Origin: Actinomycetes bacterium | GTDB taxonomy: Bacteria > Actinomycetota > Actinomycetes > Nanopelagicales > Nanopelagicaceae | DNA: 64,000 nucleotides | Direction of reading: 5' to 3' | Assembly: GCA_043776875.1 (NCBI GenBank) | Contig: JAYVQU010000039.1 | Span: 29,239-93,238, forward strand | In this document: positions 1-9,605 of the stretch, piece by piece | How positions within the stretch are numbered: the stretch's first letter is position 1 | Layout of the letters: every line of letters begins with the position of its first letter | Translations under genes and position numbers: made by a program | The notes under the pieces: model-generated | Told to the model about the DNA's origin: nothing | Database searches by the model: none | Seen by the model: the letters and a program-made list of their open reading frames with translations, nothing else

Positions 1-90
1 GGCTTCCTGGTTGAGGTGGAAAGCGTGGGAAATGTGATCCGAACGGCGCTAAAACTGGCCAGATAGTGGTTTTGGATGTGCATTTACCCC

Positions 91-107
91 TGTGGATAAA
101 TTATAAT
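91..107 (+). promoter_or_regulatory. Putative sigA promoter: -10 TATAAT (102-107) preceded by a consensus DnaA box (TGTGGATAA, 91-99)
   Basis: Both motifs read directly. TGTGGATAA is the reverse complement of TTATCCACA. SD AAAGGA at 142-147 precedes the GTG at 154. Confidence 0.5.
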
Positions 108-153
108 ATACTCATCGCTTCAGCGGATTCGCTGGAAAAACCAAAGGACAATT

Positions 154-1866
154 GTGGCTGTATTTAGTGCGCGCAAAAACAAGGTGAAGCCCAAAGCTTC
201 TGCAACTAAGAGTATGGCAAAGAAGGCTCCTGCAAAAAACTCCGCGGTTGTTAAAAAAACTACCCCAGTAAAGCGGGCAGCAACAAAAAAGGCAGTAGCA
301 GTTAAGAAAGCAGCAGTTAAGAAAGCAGCGCCCGTTAAAAAGGCGGTAGCAAAGAAGGCGGTAGCAAAAAAAGCTGCACCTGCAAAGAAAATAGAACTTA
401 AAAAAGATTTAACTGCCAGAGATGTTCAGAAAATAGTTGATACAAAGAACGCAGTCCTGCGCCAAAATGAAGTTCTCGCTGAATTAGAAACACGCGGAGT
501 AACATCGATCAACCGCATTCCTAAAAAAGTCGATAAGGATTTAGTTGATGAAGCTCGCGCGCTTGCCAAAGAAGTGCCAACTATGGTTGAAAAACTTCGC
601 AAGAGCGGACTTGGTTCACCCTCACGTGTTTTGAAAAAAGCCCAGTACGAGTTAATTGTACCTAAACCAAAGCTAATAAAAAATGAAGCGCCCCAGGTTG
701 ATGCAAAGACCGGGAAAGCGGTAGTCACCAAAATTGATGGGGAAGATGTCGAACTAGAAGAAGTTGAATTAGAAGATGTTGAAACCCTAATCAAGGAAGT
801 TGTCGAAATTATTGACAGCGAGAGCGAAGATAAGGGCAATCAACCACGTGTTGTAGATCTTGCAGATGAGACAACTCAGGGTAAAGAAGAGGATGCATTT
901 ACCTTAAAGGCATCAGAAGAAGATGATGCCCCAGTACAAACCGTTATGACTGCGGGTGCTACTGCTGATCCAGTAAAGGATTACTTAAAGCAGATTGGCC
1001 GGGTTGCATTATTGAACGCAGAACTCGAAGTTGAGCTTGCAACACGCGTAGAAGTTGGCCTTTTTGCGGAAGAAAAATTGAAGCATGAAAAGAAGTTGGA
1101 AAAGAAGTTTAAGCGCGAGCTTGAATGGTTAGTTGAAGATGGAAAGCGTGCTAAAAATCACTTACTGGAAGCAAACCTTCGTCTGGTTGTATCTCTTGCA
1201 AAGCGTTACACCGGTCGTGGAATGTTGTTCTTGGACTTAATTCAAGAAGGTAACCTGGGACTTATCCGCGCAGTTGAAAAATTTGACTACACAAAGGGTT
1301 ACAAGTTTTCTACTTATGCAACCTGGTGGATTCGCCAAGCGATTACACGTGCGATGGCTGACCAGGCTCGCACAATCCGTATCCCTGTTCATATGGTTGA
1401 AGTTATTAACAAGTTGGCACGTGTACAACGTCAGATGTTACAAGACCTTGGTCGGGAACCGACTCCAGAAGAGTTAGCTAAAGAGCTTGATATGACCCCA
1501 GAAAAAGTGGTGGAAGTTCAAAAGTATGGGCGTGAGCCAATTTCACTTCACACACCACTTGGTGAAGAAGGAGATTCTGAATTTGGTGATTTGATTGAAG
1601 ACTCAGAAGCAGTTGTTCCAGCAGATGCAGTCTCATTTACATTGTTGCAAGAGCAGTTGCACTCAGTGCTGGACACTTTGTCAGATCGCGAAGCCGGTGT
1701 AGTTGCAATGCGATTTGGTTTAACTGATGGACAGCCAAAGACACTTGATGAGATCGGAAAAGTTTACGGCGTTACTCGTGAACGTATTCGTCAGATCGAA
1801 TCAAAGACAATGTCAAAGCTTCGTCACCCATCACGTAGCCAAGTGTTGCGCGATTATCTGGATTAA
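154..1866 (+). CDS. sigA: Principal RNA polymerase sigma factor (SigA/HrdB/RpoD) with long Lys/Ala-rich N-terminus
   Basis: Region 1.2 [11 protein letters not shown]; region 2 [47 protein letters not shown]; region 4 [11 protein letters not shown]. Confidence 0.97.
   Translation: MAVFSARKNKVKPKASATKSMAKKAPAKNSAVVKKTTPVKRAATKKAVAVKKAAVKKAAPVKKAVAKKAVAKKAAPAKKIELKKDLTARDVQKIVDTKNAVLRQNEVLAELETRGVTSINRIPKKVDKDLVDEARALAKEVPTMVEKLRKSGLGSPSRVLKKAQYELIVPKPKLIKNEAPQVDAKTGKAVVTKIDGEDVELEEVELEDVETLIKEVVEIIDSESEDKGNQPRVVDLADETTQGKEEDAFTLKASEEDDAPVQTVMTAGATADPVKDYLKQIGRVALLNAELEVELATRVEVGLFAEEKLKHEKKLEKKFKRELEWLVEDGKRAKNHLLEANLRLVVSLAKRYTGRGMLFLDLIQEGNLGLIRAVEKFDYTKGYKFSTYATWWIRQAITRAMADQARTIRIPVHMVEVINKLARVQRQMLQDLGREPTPEELAKELDMTPEKVVEVQKYGREPISLHTPLGEEGDSEFGDLIEDSEAVVPADAVSFTLLQEQLHSVLDTLSDREAGVVAMRFGLTDGQPKTLDEIGKVYGVTRERIRQIESKTMSKLRHPSRSQVLRDYLD
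298..369 (+). repeat. Two pairs of 15-bp tandem repeats encoding AVKKA/KAVAK units in the SigA N-terminus
   Basis: GCAGTTAAGAAAGCA x2 (298-327); AAGGCGGTAGCAAA(G/A) x2 (340-369). Confidence 0.9.
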
Positions 1867-1883
1867 AAGATTCGGGGACAAGG

Positions 1884-2075
1884 TTGAGCGACAACGCAAA
1901 AGTCTTTATTAACCCGGTGAGTGGCTCAATTCGCATTACTGGGGTGATTGACATTGTTGATTCGCAAGGCAATGTCACACAGACAATTGAAAACCCAAAG
2001 TTTTGCGGCTGTGGCCACTCACAAGAAAAGCCCTTCTGCGACGGATCACATAAGGGCTTGCTTGAAGAAAAGTAG
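1884..2075 (+). CDS. CDGSH iron-sulfur domain protein (63 aa)
   Basis: CGCGHSQEKPFCDGSH matches the CDGSH consensus C-x-C-x2-S-x3-P-x-C-D-G-S-H. Confidence 0.9.
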   Translation: MSDNAKVFINPVSGSIRITGVIDIVDSQGNVTQTIENPKFCGCGHSQEKPFCDGSHKGLLEEK

Positions 2076-2077
2076 GA

Positions 2078-2290
2078 TCAGTTTTTAACTTCAATTAGCT
2101 TTTCTGATTCATCCTGAATCTTTGCGGCAATAGTCTTGAGCTTTTCCGCATATTCTTTACCGTGGTGAGCACAAAACATCAGTTCGCCACCATTGAGAAG
2201 TACTGCTCGGACATAAGCTTGGGCGCCGCAACGATCGCAACGATCAAGGGCGTTAAGAGGTACTGTTCCAAGCAACAACTGTTCGGTCAT
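2078..2290 (-). CDS. Small conserved actinobacterial CxxC...CxxH protein (DUF7455-like)
   Basis: DRCDRCGAQAY...FCAHH; SD GGAGAGG before ATG; usual position between sigA and parE. Confidence 0.8.
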   Translation of the reverse strand: MTEQLLLGTVPLNALDRCDRCGAQAYVRAVLLNGGELMFCAHHGKEYAEKLKTIAAKIQDESEKLIEVKN

Positions 2291-2506
2291 ATCCCTCTCC
2301 GTTTCCGTGTCTTCTGAGTCTATCTGTCTATCTGAGTACTTCTATGGAACAGGAAACCACAGTTATTTATTCCCCGCTCGTTGTATTAAAAGAATTTTGC
2401 TTAATTAAGATTGAGTTAGTGCTGAGAATCATGATTTTCCACTATCTGAGATAAATTCGGCGCGCTTCCCTCAGATTTGGGGGTGAGGCGGTTAATCTTT
2501 CGCCCC

Positions 2507-4588
2507 ATGGCTGAAAAAGATGTAACTGCGAGCACTTTGCAAGATAGCTATACCGCGAAGGACCTAGCTGTACTCGAAGGCTTAGATGCAGTTCGCAAAC
2601 GTCCAGGTATGTATGTAGGTTCTACCGATTCACGTGGTCTGATGCACTGCCTATGGGAGATCATCGATAACTCAGTGGACGAGTCCTTGGCCGGACACTG
2701 TAAGAAAATTGAAATTAATCTGGAATCAGATGGGTCAGTTGAAGTTCATGATGATGGCCGCGGTATTCCAGTAGATAAAGAGCCAAAGACCGGTTTAACG
2801 GGTGTGGAAGTTGTGCTCACCAAATTGCACGCAGGCGGAAAGTTTGGTGGCGGCTCATACGCAGCCTCTGGCGGCTTACATGGTGTTGGTGCATCAGTTG
2901 TAAATGCACTTGCTTCCCGGCTTGATGTTGAAGTCGATCGCGATGGCAAGATTTATTGGATGTCATTTCAGCGCGGAACCGCTGGAATTTTTGATGGCGA
3001 AGGACCAAAAGCGCCTTTTGAAGCAAAATCAGGGTTGCGCATAATTGGAAAGATTTCTGCCAAAGTCACTGGAACACGCATTAAGTGGTGGAGTGATCGG
3101 CAGATCTTTTTAAAAGAGGCCGAACTTGATTTGGTAGATGTTTACGATCGCGCCCGACAAACTTCATACCTGGTGCCAGGATTAACCCTGATTGTTACTG
3201 ACAATCGAAGTAAAACTAAGACCACCGAAACCTTCTTCCATAAGAGCGGAATTACTGAGTACTGCAATTTTTTGCAACCAGATGAAGCCGTTGGCGATGT
3301 TATTCGTATTTACGGAACCGGCCATTATCAAGAAACGGTCCCGGTTCTTGATGACAAGGGCCATCTGGTCTCTACCGAAGTAGAGCGCGATATGGAGGTA
3401 GATATCGCGATGAAATGGGGCAATGGCTTTGAGACCACCCAGCGCTCCTTCGTTAACATAATTGCCACACCAAAGGGTGGAACACATGTGCTTGGTTTCG
3501 AACGTGCCTTAATTAAGGTTGTTAATGAGGCGCTTCGATCTACTAGGACGTTGGCCAACAAAGAGGCAGATGTAATTAAGGATGATGTAGTTGAAGGCCT
3601 GACAGCGGTGGTAACAGTTCGCATGTCTGAGCCACAGTTTGAAGGCCAGACAAAAGAAGTTCTAGGAACGGCTGCCGCAACTCGCATTGTTTCGGCAGTG
3701 GTTGCCGAAAAATTGAAGGAGTATTTCAACACTACTAAGCGAATCGATAAAGCGAATGGCCGTCTTGTCCTAGAAAAGATCGCAGCAGCATCGCGCACCC
3801 GCATTAGTGCGCGCGCCCACAAGGACCTGCAACGTCGTAAAAACGCACTGGAATCATCTTCGCTTCCTACAAAGCTCTCAGATTGCCGTTCAGAGGATGT
3901 AACGCGCACCGAGTTATTTATCGTAGAAGGCGATTCTGCACTAGGTACTACCAAGGCCGCACGCAATAGCGAGTTCCAAGCAATTTTGCCGATCCGTGGA
4001 AAGATTTTGAATGTGCAAAAGGCATCCCTTTCCCAGATGCTAGAAGATAAAGAGTGCGGATCAATCATTCAAGTAATTGGCGCAGGTTCTGGAAAATCCT
4101 TTGATTTAGCTGAAGCCCGGTATGGCCGCATAATCTTGATGTCAGATGCTGATGTCGACGGTGCCCACATTCGCTGTTTGTTGTTAACGCTTATGTATCG
4201 TTACATGCGACCTTTAATTGATTCAGGTCGGGTATTTGCGGCTATTCCACCGCTACACCGGATTGAAGTAATGGGTGGGGCTGGCAAGAAGGGCGATTAC
4301 ATTTATACCTACTCTGATGATGAAATGAAGAAGCTCACCGCTGATTTAAAGCAGCGCGGCAAGCGTTGGAAAGAGCCAATTCAGCGCTACAAAGGTCTTG
4401 GTGAAATGGATGCTGATCAGCTGCGTGAAACCACAATGGATCCAAATGCACGCACTTTGCGTCGCATCACGGTCTCGGATGCAACCGCAGCCGAAGCAAT
4501 GTTTGAGTTATTGATGGGGAGCGATGTTGCCCCGCGGAAAGAGTTTATTGCTAACGCTGAAATCGATCGCACGCATATCGACCTTTAA
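2507..4588 (+). CDS. parE: Type IIA topoisomerase B subunit (actinobacterial topo IV-like ParE/GyrB paralogue)
   Basis: GHKL motifs EIIDNSVDE, DDGRGIP, GGLHGVGASVVN; TOPRIM EGDSA, PIRGK, DADVDG; YKGLGEM. Start set to ATG 2507. ParE versus GyrB inferred from locus context. Confidence 0.88.
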   Translation: MAEKDVTASTLQDSYTAKDLAVLEGLDAVRKRPGMYVGSTDSRGLMHCLWEIIDNSVDESLAGHCKKIEINLESDGSVEVHDDGRGIPVDKEPKTGLTGVEVVLTKLHAGGKFGGGSYAASGGLHGVGASVVNALASRLDVEVDRDGKIYWMSFQRGTAGIFDGEGPKAPFEAKSGLRIIGKISAKVTGTRIKWWSDRQIFLKEAELDLVDVYDRARQTSYLVPGLTLIVTDNRSKTKTTETFFHKSGITEYCNFLQPDEAVGDVIRIYGTGHYQETVPVLDDKGHLVSTEVERDMEVDIAMKWGNGFETTQRSFVNIIATPKGGTHVLGFERALIKVVNEALRSTRTLANKEADVIKDDVVEGLTAVVTVRMSEPQFEGQTKEVLGTAAATRIVSAVVAEKLKEYFNTTKRIDKANGRLVLEKIAAASRTRISARAHKDLQRRKNALESSSLPTKLSDCRSEDVTRTELFIVEGDSALGTTKAARNSEFQAILPIRGKILNVQKASLSQMLEDKECGSIIQVIGAGSGKSFDLAEARYGRIILMSDADVDGAHIRCLLLTLMYRYMRPLIDSGRVFAAIPPLHRIEVMGGAGKKGDYIYTYSDDEMKKLTADLKQRGKRWKEPIQRYKGLGEMDADQLRETTMDPNARTLRRITVSDATAAEAMFELLMGSDVAPRKEFIANAEIDRTHIDL

Positions 4589-4608
4589 CCAGACTGGCAA
4601 ATAGCAAG

Positions 4609-6207
4609 CTAGTCGATTGCAACTAAGTCCAAGTACTCATCCTTCCAAAAATCCTCATCGCCATCTGGCAACAAGATAACTCGCTCTGGCTTTAACGCTT
4701 GCACCGCGCCCTCATCATGCGAAACCATGATCACTGAACCTTGATACTCAGCTAAAGCGCCAAGAATCTGCGCACGAGATGCCGGGTCTAAGTTGTTAGT
4801 TGGTTCATCCAGCAGCAAAACATTTGCGGCAGAAACAACCAATACAGCAAGTGCTAAACGGGTTCGCTCGCCACCGGATAATACCTTTACTGGCTTATGA
4901 ACATCATCGCCGACAAACAAAAATGATCCCAAAGTATTTCGAGCTTCAGGTTCGCGAAGATCTGGGGTAGCCGACATCATGTTTTCCAAAACCGAACGTT
5001 CGAAATCAAGTGATTCGTGTTCTTGGGCGTAGTAACCAATTTTTAAACCATGGCCATGTTCAACTTTTCCGGTATCTGATTCAAGTTCACCGGCAAGGAT
5101 TCGAAGCAGGGTCGTTTTGCCGGCACCATTGAGTCCCAGAATTACCACCCGTGAACCTTTATCGATAACGCAGGAAACATCGGTAAAGATTTCCAGCGAA
5201 CCATAGTTCTTAGAAAGCTCTTCCCCAGATAGTGGCGTCTTTCCACATGGAGCTGGGGTAGGAAAGCGAAGTTTTGCAACTTTGTCGGCAATTCGAACAT
5301 CATCTAGGCCACTACGAAGCTTTTCTGCACGACGCAACATACCTTGTGCCGCGGTCGCCTTAGATGCCTTCGCCCGCATCTTCTCGCCCTGCTTTTGTAA
5401 AATCTCGGCGCGTTTTTCCGCGTTAGCCCGCTCTTTCTTGCGGCGATGCTCATCTTGCTCGCGCTGCAACAGATATGCTTTCCACCCTAAGTTGTAGACA
5501 TCAATAACATTGCGATTGGCATCAAGGTAAAACACCTTGTTTACGACAGTTTCAATTAATTTAACATCGTGAGAAATAATTACTAAGCCACCAGAATGTT
5601 TGGATAAGAATTCGCGCAGCCAAATGACGGAGTCTGCATCCAAGTGGTTTGTTGGCTCATCTAGCAGTAAAGTTTCGGCGCCACTAAATAGAATCCGGGC
5701 AAGCTCGATGCGGCGACGTTGCCCGCCAGAAAGAGTCGATAGTTCATTTGCAAAAACCGCCTCGGATACTCCAAGCGAGGTAGCTATTGCCTCGGCTTCA
5801 GCAGTTGCTGCGTACCCACCAGCAGCTGAAAACTCGGCCTCAACCCGGGTGTAGCGATCCATCGCCTTTTCTAACGCCTCATCTTGGGCAGTTGCCATTT
5901 CTTCCTCAACAGAGCGCATCCGAGCTGCAATCTGATCTAAATCACGAGCGGACAAAATTCGATCAATCACGGTGCCGGGTTCATCTCCAGTACGAGGATC
6001 TTGTGGAAGATAGCCAATTTTTCCGGTGCGATTTACTACACCACCGGCTGGCATCGTTTCACCTGCTAAAACTTTGGCCAGAGTTGATTTTCCAGCACCA
6101 TTGCGGCCCACAAAACCGATGCGATCACCGTTATTGATGCGAACAGTGACGCCTTTAACTAAAAGCCGGGGACCGGCTCTTAGTTCTAGTGCTTGCGTAG
6201 AAATCAC
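4609..6207 (-). CDS. ABC-F family ATPase (ribosome-associated, two NBDs, no TM segments)
   Basis: Two Walker A (GRNGAGKS, GLNGAGKT), two LSGG signatures, two LLDEPTN motifs, charged linker. Confidence 0.93.
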   Translation of the reverse strand: MISTQALELRAGPRLLVKGVTVRINNGDRIGFVGRNGAGKSTLAKVLAGETMPAGGVVNRTGKIGYLPQDPRTGDEPGTVIDRILSARDLDQIAARMRSVEEEMATAQDEALEKAMDRYTRVEAEFSAAGGYAATAEAEAIATSLGVSEAVFANELSTLSGGQRRRIELARILFSGAETLLLDEPTNHLDADSVIWLREFLSKHSGGLVIISHDVKLIETVVNKVFYLDANRNVIDVYNLGWKAYLLQREQDEHRRKKERANAEKRAEILQKQGEKMRAKASKATAAQGMLRRAEKLRSGLDDVRIADKVAKLRFPTPAPCGKTPLSGEELSKNYGSLEIFTDVSCVIDKGSRVVILGLNGAGKTTLLRILAGELESDTGKVEHGHGLKIGYYAQEHESLDFERSVLENMMSATPDLREPEARNTLGSFLFVGDDVHKPVKVLSGGERTRLALAVLVVSAANVLLLDEPTNNLDPASRAQILGALAEYQGSVIMVSHDEGAVQALKPERVILLPDGDEDFWKDEYLDLVAID

Positions 6208-6228
6208 AGTTAAGTCTAGCTAGTTGGA

Positions 6229-7761
6229 TTAAGCAGCACCAATTCGGGTACGACGAGGTGCAGCAAATGACTTACCAACCGTAGTTAGTTCAGCAGATAC
6301 CTGCGTTTTAATCGCCTCTTCACTCTTGAGTAGTTTTGTTAACTCAGCGATCAAACTTACGAGTTCCTTTTGCTCGCTTTCAAGTTCAATCTTGCTCATC
6401 TTAGTCAAACGGCGAAGCGGCATATCCAAGATATAAGTTGCTTGTTCCTCATTTAATGTTAACTCCTTAATCAACTTGTCTTTAGCTTGCGCTGTGTCAT
6501 CACTTCCGCGAATTATCTTGATAACCTTATCGATATTTATAATTGCTTTTAATAATCCATCCACCAAGCCAAGACGTGCTTGTGCTCTGGCTTTGCGAAA
6601 CTCAGAACGTCGGCGCACAACTTCAATGCGGTGATCGATAAATACTTTAAGTAACTCTTTCAAACCAAGTGTTTGTGGCCTGCCCTTAACTAAAGCAACA
6701 GCATTGATAGCAAATGTATCCTCCATTGGAGTCAATGCATATAGTTTTTCAAGAACCTCTTCTGGTTCAAAGCCATTTTTGATTTCAATAACAACATTTG
6801 TGCCGGTTTGGCCATCGGTTAAGTCAATGATGTCGCTGATGCCTTGAATCTTCTTGTTTTTCACTAAGGCTGCAATTCGCTCGACCACCTTTTCTGGTCC
6901 AATTGTGAACGGAAGTTCTTTAATGATTATTCCCATCTTGCGGGAGGTAACTTTTCCAATTTCAACAGTTGCACGAACCTTAAATGATCCCTTGCCAGTT
7001 GCATAAGCCTCGCGGACTCCATCTAGTCCAACTATTTCTCCACCTGTTGGAAAATCTGGACCTGGCATAAATTTCATCAACTGCTTAACAGTCGCAGTTG
7101 GGTTCGCAATTAAGAACTTTGTGGCGGCTATAACTTCGGCCAAATTATGCGGAGCCATATTTGTGGCCATTCCAACTGCAATTCCGGAACCACCATTAAC
7201 AAGCAGGTTTGGATATGCCGCAGGTAAAACAATTGGCTCCGAAAGTTGACCATCATAGTTGGGACCAAAATCAACGGTGTCTTCATCGGATTCTGCGACC
7301 ATTGACATTGCAGCTGGGGCTAACCGGGCTTCGGTGTAGCGCATAGCAGCCGGACCCGCATCTAAAGAACCGAAGTTTCCGTGACCATCAATTAATGGCA
7401 ACCCCATTGAAAAACTTTGCGCCATACGAACAAGTGCGTCATAAATCGCACCATCACCGTGTGGGTGCAACTTACCCATAACTTCACCGACAACACGCGC
7501 ACTCTTTACATGTCCACGTTCTGGACGCAAACCCATATCGGCCATCTGATGAAGGATGCGACGGTGAACTGGTTTTAAGCCATCGCGAGCATCAGGTAAA
7601 GCACGTGAATAAATCACTGAGTATGCATATTCAAGAAAAGATTCAGAAACCTCTTTGGAAACATCGATGTCAACGATCTTTCCCGGATATTCACCAGGTT
7701 TTGGGCCGGCTGGTTTCTTACCTTTAGTCGCAGTTTTTGCGGGAGTCTTCGCAGTTGCCAT
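6229..7761 (-). CDS. parC: Type IIA topoisomerase A subunit (ParC/GyrA-like), breakage-reunion domain only, no C-terminal pinwheel
   Basis: RALPDARDGLKPVHRR, GKLHPHGD, catalytic AAMRYTEARL, NGGSGIAVGMAT; ends at APRRTRIGAA, 510 aa. Confidence 0.88.
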   Translation of the reverse strand: MATAKTPAKTATKGKKPAGPKPGEYPGKIVDIDVSKEVSESFLEYAYSVIYSRALPDARDGLKPVHRRILHQMADMGLRPERGHVKSARVVGEVMGKLHPHGDGAIYDALVRMAQSFSMGLPLIDGHGNFGSLDAGPAAMRYTEARLAPAAMSMVAESDEDTVDFGPNYDGQLSEPIVLPAAYPNLLVNGGSGIAVGMATNMAPHNLAEVIAATKFLIANPTATVKQLMKFMPGPDFPTGGEIVGLDGVREAYATGKGSFKVRATVEIGKVTSRKMGIIIKELPFTIGPEKVVERIAALVKNKKIQGISDIIDLTDGQTGTNVVIEIKNGFEPEEVLEKLYALTPMEDTFAINAVALVKGRPQTLGLKELLKVFIDHRIEVVRRRSEFRKARAQARLGLVDGLLKAIINIDKVIKIIRGSDDTAQAKDKLIKELTLNEEQATYILDMPLRRLTKMSKIELESEQKELVSLIAELTKLLKSEEAIKTQVSAELTTVGKSFAAPRRTRIGAA

Positions 7762-7786
7762 GAGCGCATTCTGCCAAGAGAGTTGA

Positions 7787-8668
7787 TTAATTCAGGGGAG
7801 GGCGCGCCCCAACGGATGAAACACACTTAGCAGCAAGGGCTGCACCTGCAGTTAGGGCTTGCGTTAAATCATTTGTTTCTAGCCACTTAGGAATAAAACC
7901 TGCCGCAAATGAATCACCAGCCCCAGTTGTATCGACCACATTTGTTGTGACCGCCGAAACCTTTGCCGAGACCCCATCCTTAATGGCCATGGCACCTTTG
8001 GAACCTAATTTAATAACCACAAGTGGTACGAACTTTAACAAATTATGTTCAGCGGTTTCCACATCGGCGGCGCCGCCAAGATATAAAGCCTCTTCACTAT
8101 TTAATAAGATGCCATCCATCAGTGCGACCCATGATAAAACTTCATCCCTAGATACGATCTTCATCGCACCCGTAGTGGTTGGATCAAAAAAGATTGGTTT
8201 TCCGGACACTTTGATCTTCTTAATCATTGCTAAAACTGCATCACGGCTGCGGAAATCAAGGAGTGCATATCCACTGATGTAGACACCATCGATGTCATCA
8301 AGTGGTGGAAGATCGCTAGCCTCTAAATCGGCATTTGCCCCATTATCTGGAAACATCGTGCGCTCACCATTTGCATCAACGAGGATAACAACTACGCCAG
8401 TTGGCCGACCGGAGTGCATCAAATTTAAATGCGCTACACCGTATTTATCGAGGTCAGAGATAAGTGCAAAGCCAACTGGATCGTTGCCGGTGCGAGCAAC
8501 CAAATGGGCTTTTGAGTTTGTGCGAGTAATCCAGGTTGCTACGTTGGCTGCTTGCCCACCCGGATGGCTGGAAATTTTACTTGCAGTATCATTGCCGTAA
8601 TTAATTGGTTCCTTTAGTTGGGAAATGACATCGAGGGCTAAATCGCCAATGCACAGGATCTTTTTCAT
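7787..8668 (-). CDS. PfkB-family kinase, probable pseudouridine kinase
   Basis: PGGQAANVA, GNDPVG, NSEEA, VDTTGAGDSFAAG. Start overlaps the psuG stop. Substrate inferred from the neighbour. Confidence 0.8.
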   Translation of the reverse strand: MKKILCIGDLALDVISQLKEPINYGNDTASKISSHPGGQAANVATWITRTNSKAHLVARTGNDPVGFALISDLDKYGVAHLNLMHSGRPTGVVVILVDANGERTMFPDNGANADLEASDLPPLDDIDGVYISGYALLDFRSRDAVLAMIKKIKVSGKPIFFDPTTTGAMKIVSRDEVLSWVALMDGILLNSEEALYLGGAADVETAEHNLLKFVPLVVIKLGSKGAMAIKDGVSAKVSAVTTNVVDTTGAGDSFAAGFIPKWLETNDLTQALTAGAALAAKCVSSVGARPPLN

Positions 8669-9567
8669 AGTAGCGCAACCGCAATCTCTGTCGCCAAGGC
8701 GCAGTTTGATTTTATGATTTCAGTATTTATAATTAGCGATTCACCCTTGGATGCGATGTGAAAATACTCCAATAAATAAGGCGTAACAGCCTTGCCTGTA
8801 ATTCCATCTCGCTTTGCACTCGCCAAGCCACTTGTCAAAATTTCATCGTGGCGCGCCTTCGGCATCTCTTTTACTACCGGATTTGCAACTATTAATGATT
8901 TTAATTGAGTGGCAACGGCGGTACGCGCTTTAATGATTGCGGCAATATCTGCTGCATTTTCAACTCGATGTTCGATCGTGAATCCAGAATCGGTCAGGTA
9001 AAAACCTGGGAAAGCGTTGGTCCTATAACCGACTAGTCCAATAGCCAATGTTTCTAACCGTTCCAGAGTTGCGTGAACATCCAAAATTGACTTTACCCCT
9101 GCACACACAACAGTCATATCTAATTGTGATAGTGCGGTCAGATCTGCTGACTCATCGTATGAATCGGATGCACCGCGGTGAACTCCGCCTAAACCACCAG
9201 TAGCAAAAACTTTTATGCCAGCGGTAGCCGCAATGTGAGCGGTAGCCGCAACAGTTGTCGCTGCGCTTTTGCCCTGCGCAACTATTATCGCCAAGTCTCG
9301 AATAGATGCTTTAGCAATGTCATCGCGGTTGGCGATTTCTGCCAGCTCTTGATGTTCCAGGCCGATCAAAATCTTTCCATCTAGCAATGCAATCGTTGCC
9401 GGAATGGCCCCACCAACTCGAACAATGCGCTCACACTCCAGCGCAACCTCAAGATTTGAAGGGCGTGGCAAACCATGGCTAATAATCGTAGATTCAAGAG
9501 CAACTATTGGTTTCCCAGTTTCTAACGCTGCCGCAACTTCACGTGAATACTTGATTGGATTGACCAT
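8665..9567 (-). CDS. psuG: Pseudouridine-5'-phosphate glycosidase
   Basis: VALESTIISHGLP, GGLGGVHRG, SADL, VCAGVKSILD, TPYLL. Start set to ATG 9567, 6 nt after TAGAGT. Confidence 0.93.
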   Translation of the reverse strand: MVNPIKYSREVAAALETGKPIVALESTIISHGLPRPSNLEVALECERIVRVGGAIPATIALLDGKILIGLEHQELAEIANRDDIAKASIRDLAIIVAQGKSAATTVAATAHIAATAGIKVFATGGLGGVHRGASDSYDESADLTALSQLDMTVVCAGVKSILDVHATLERLETLAIGLVGYRTNAFPGFYLTDSGFTIEHRVENAADIAAIIKARTAVATQLKSLIVANPVVKEMPKARHDEILTSGLASAKRDGITGKAVTPYLLEYFHIASKGESLIINTEIIKSNCALATEIAVALL

Positions 9568-9605
9568 GGACAAACTCTAGTACACAGTCGTGGGAAGATA
9601 AGCAG

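Noticed and set aside
2444-2476. ATCTGAG/CTCAGAT inverted repeat upstream of parE
   Set aside because: Only 7 bp with a 19-nt spacer; within chance expectation.
3328-4068. 246-aa antisense ORF inside parE
   Set aside because: Shadow of a well-conserved gene; Ser/Arg-rich with no motifs. The same applies to 426-839, 11802-12320, 16785-17306 and the other nested ORFs.
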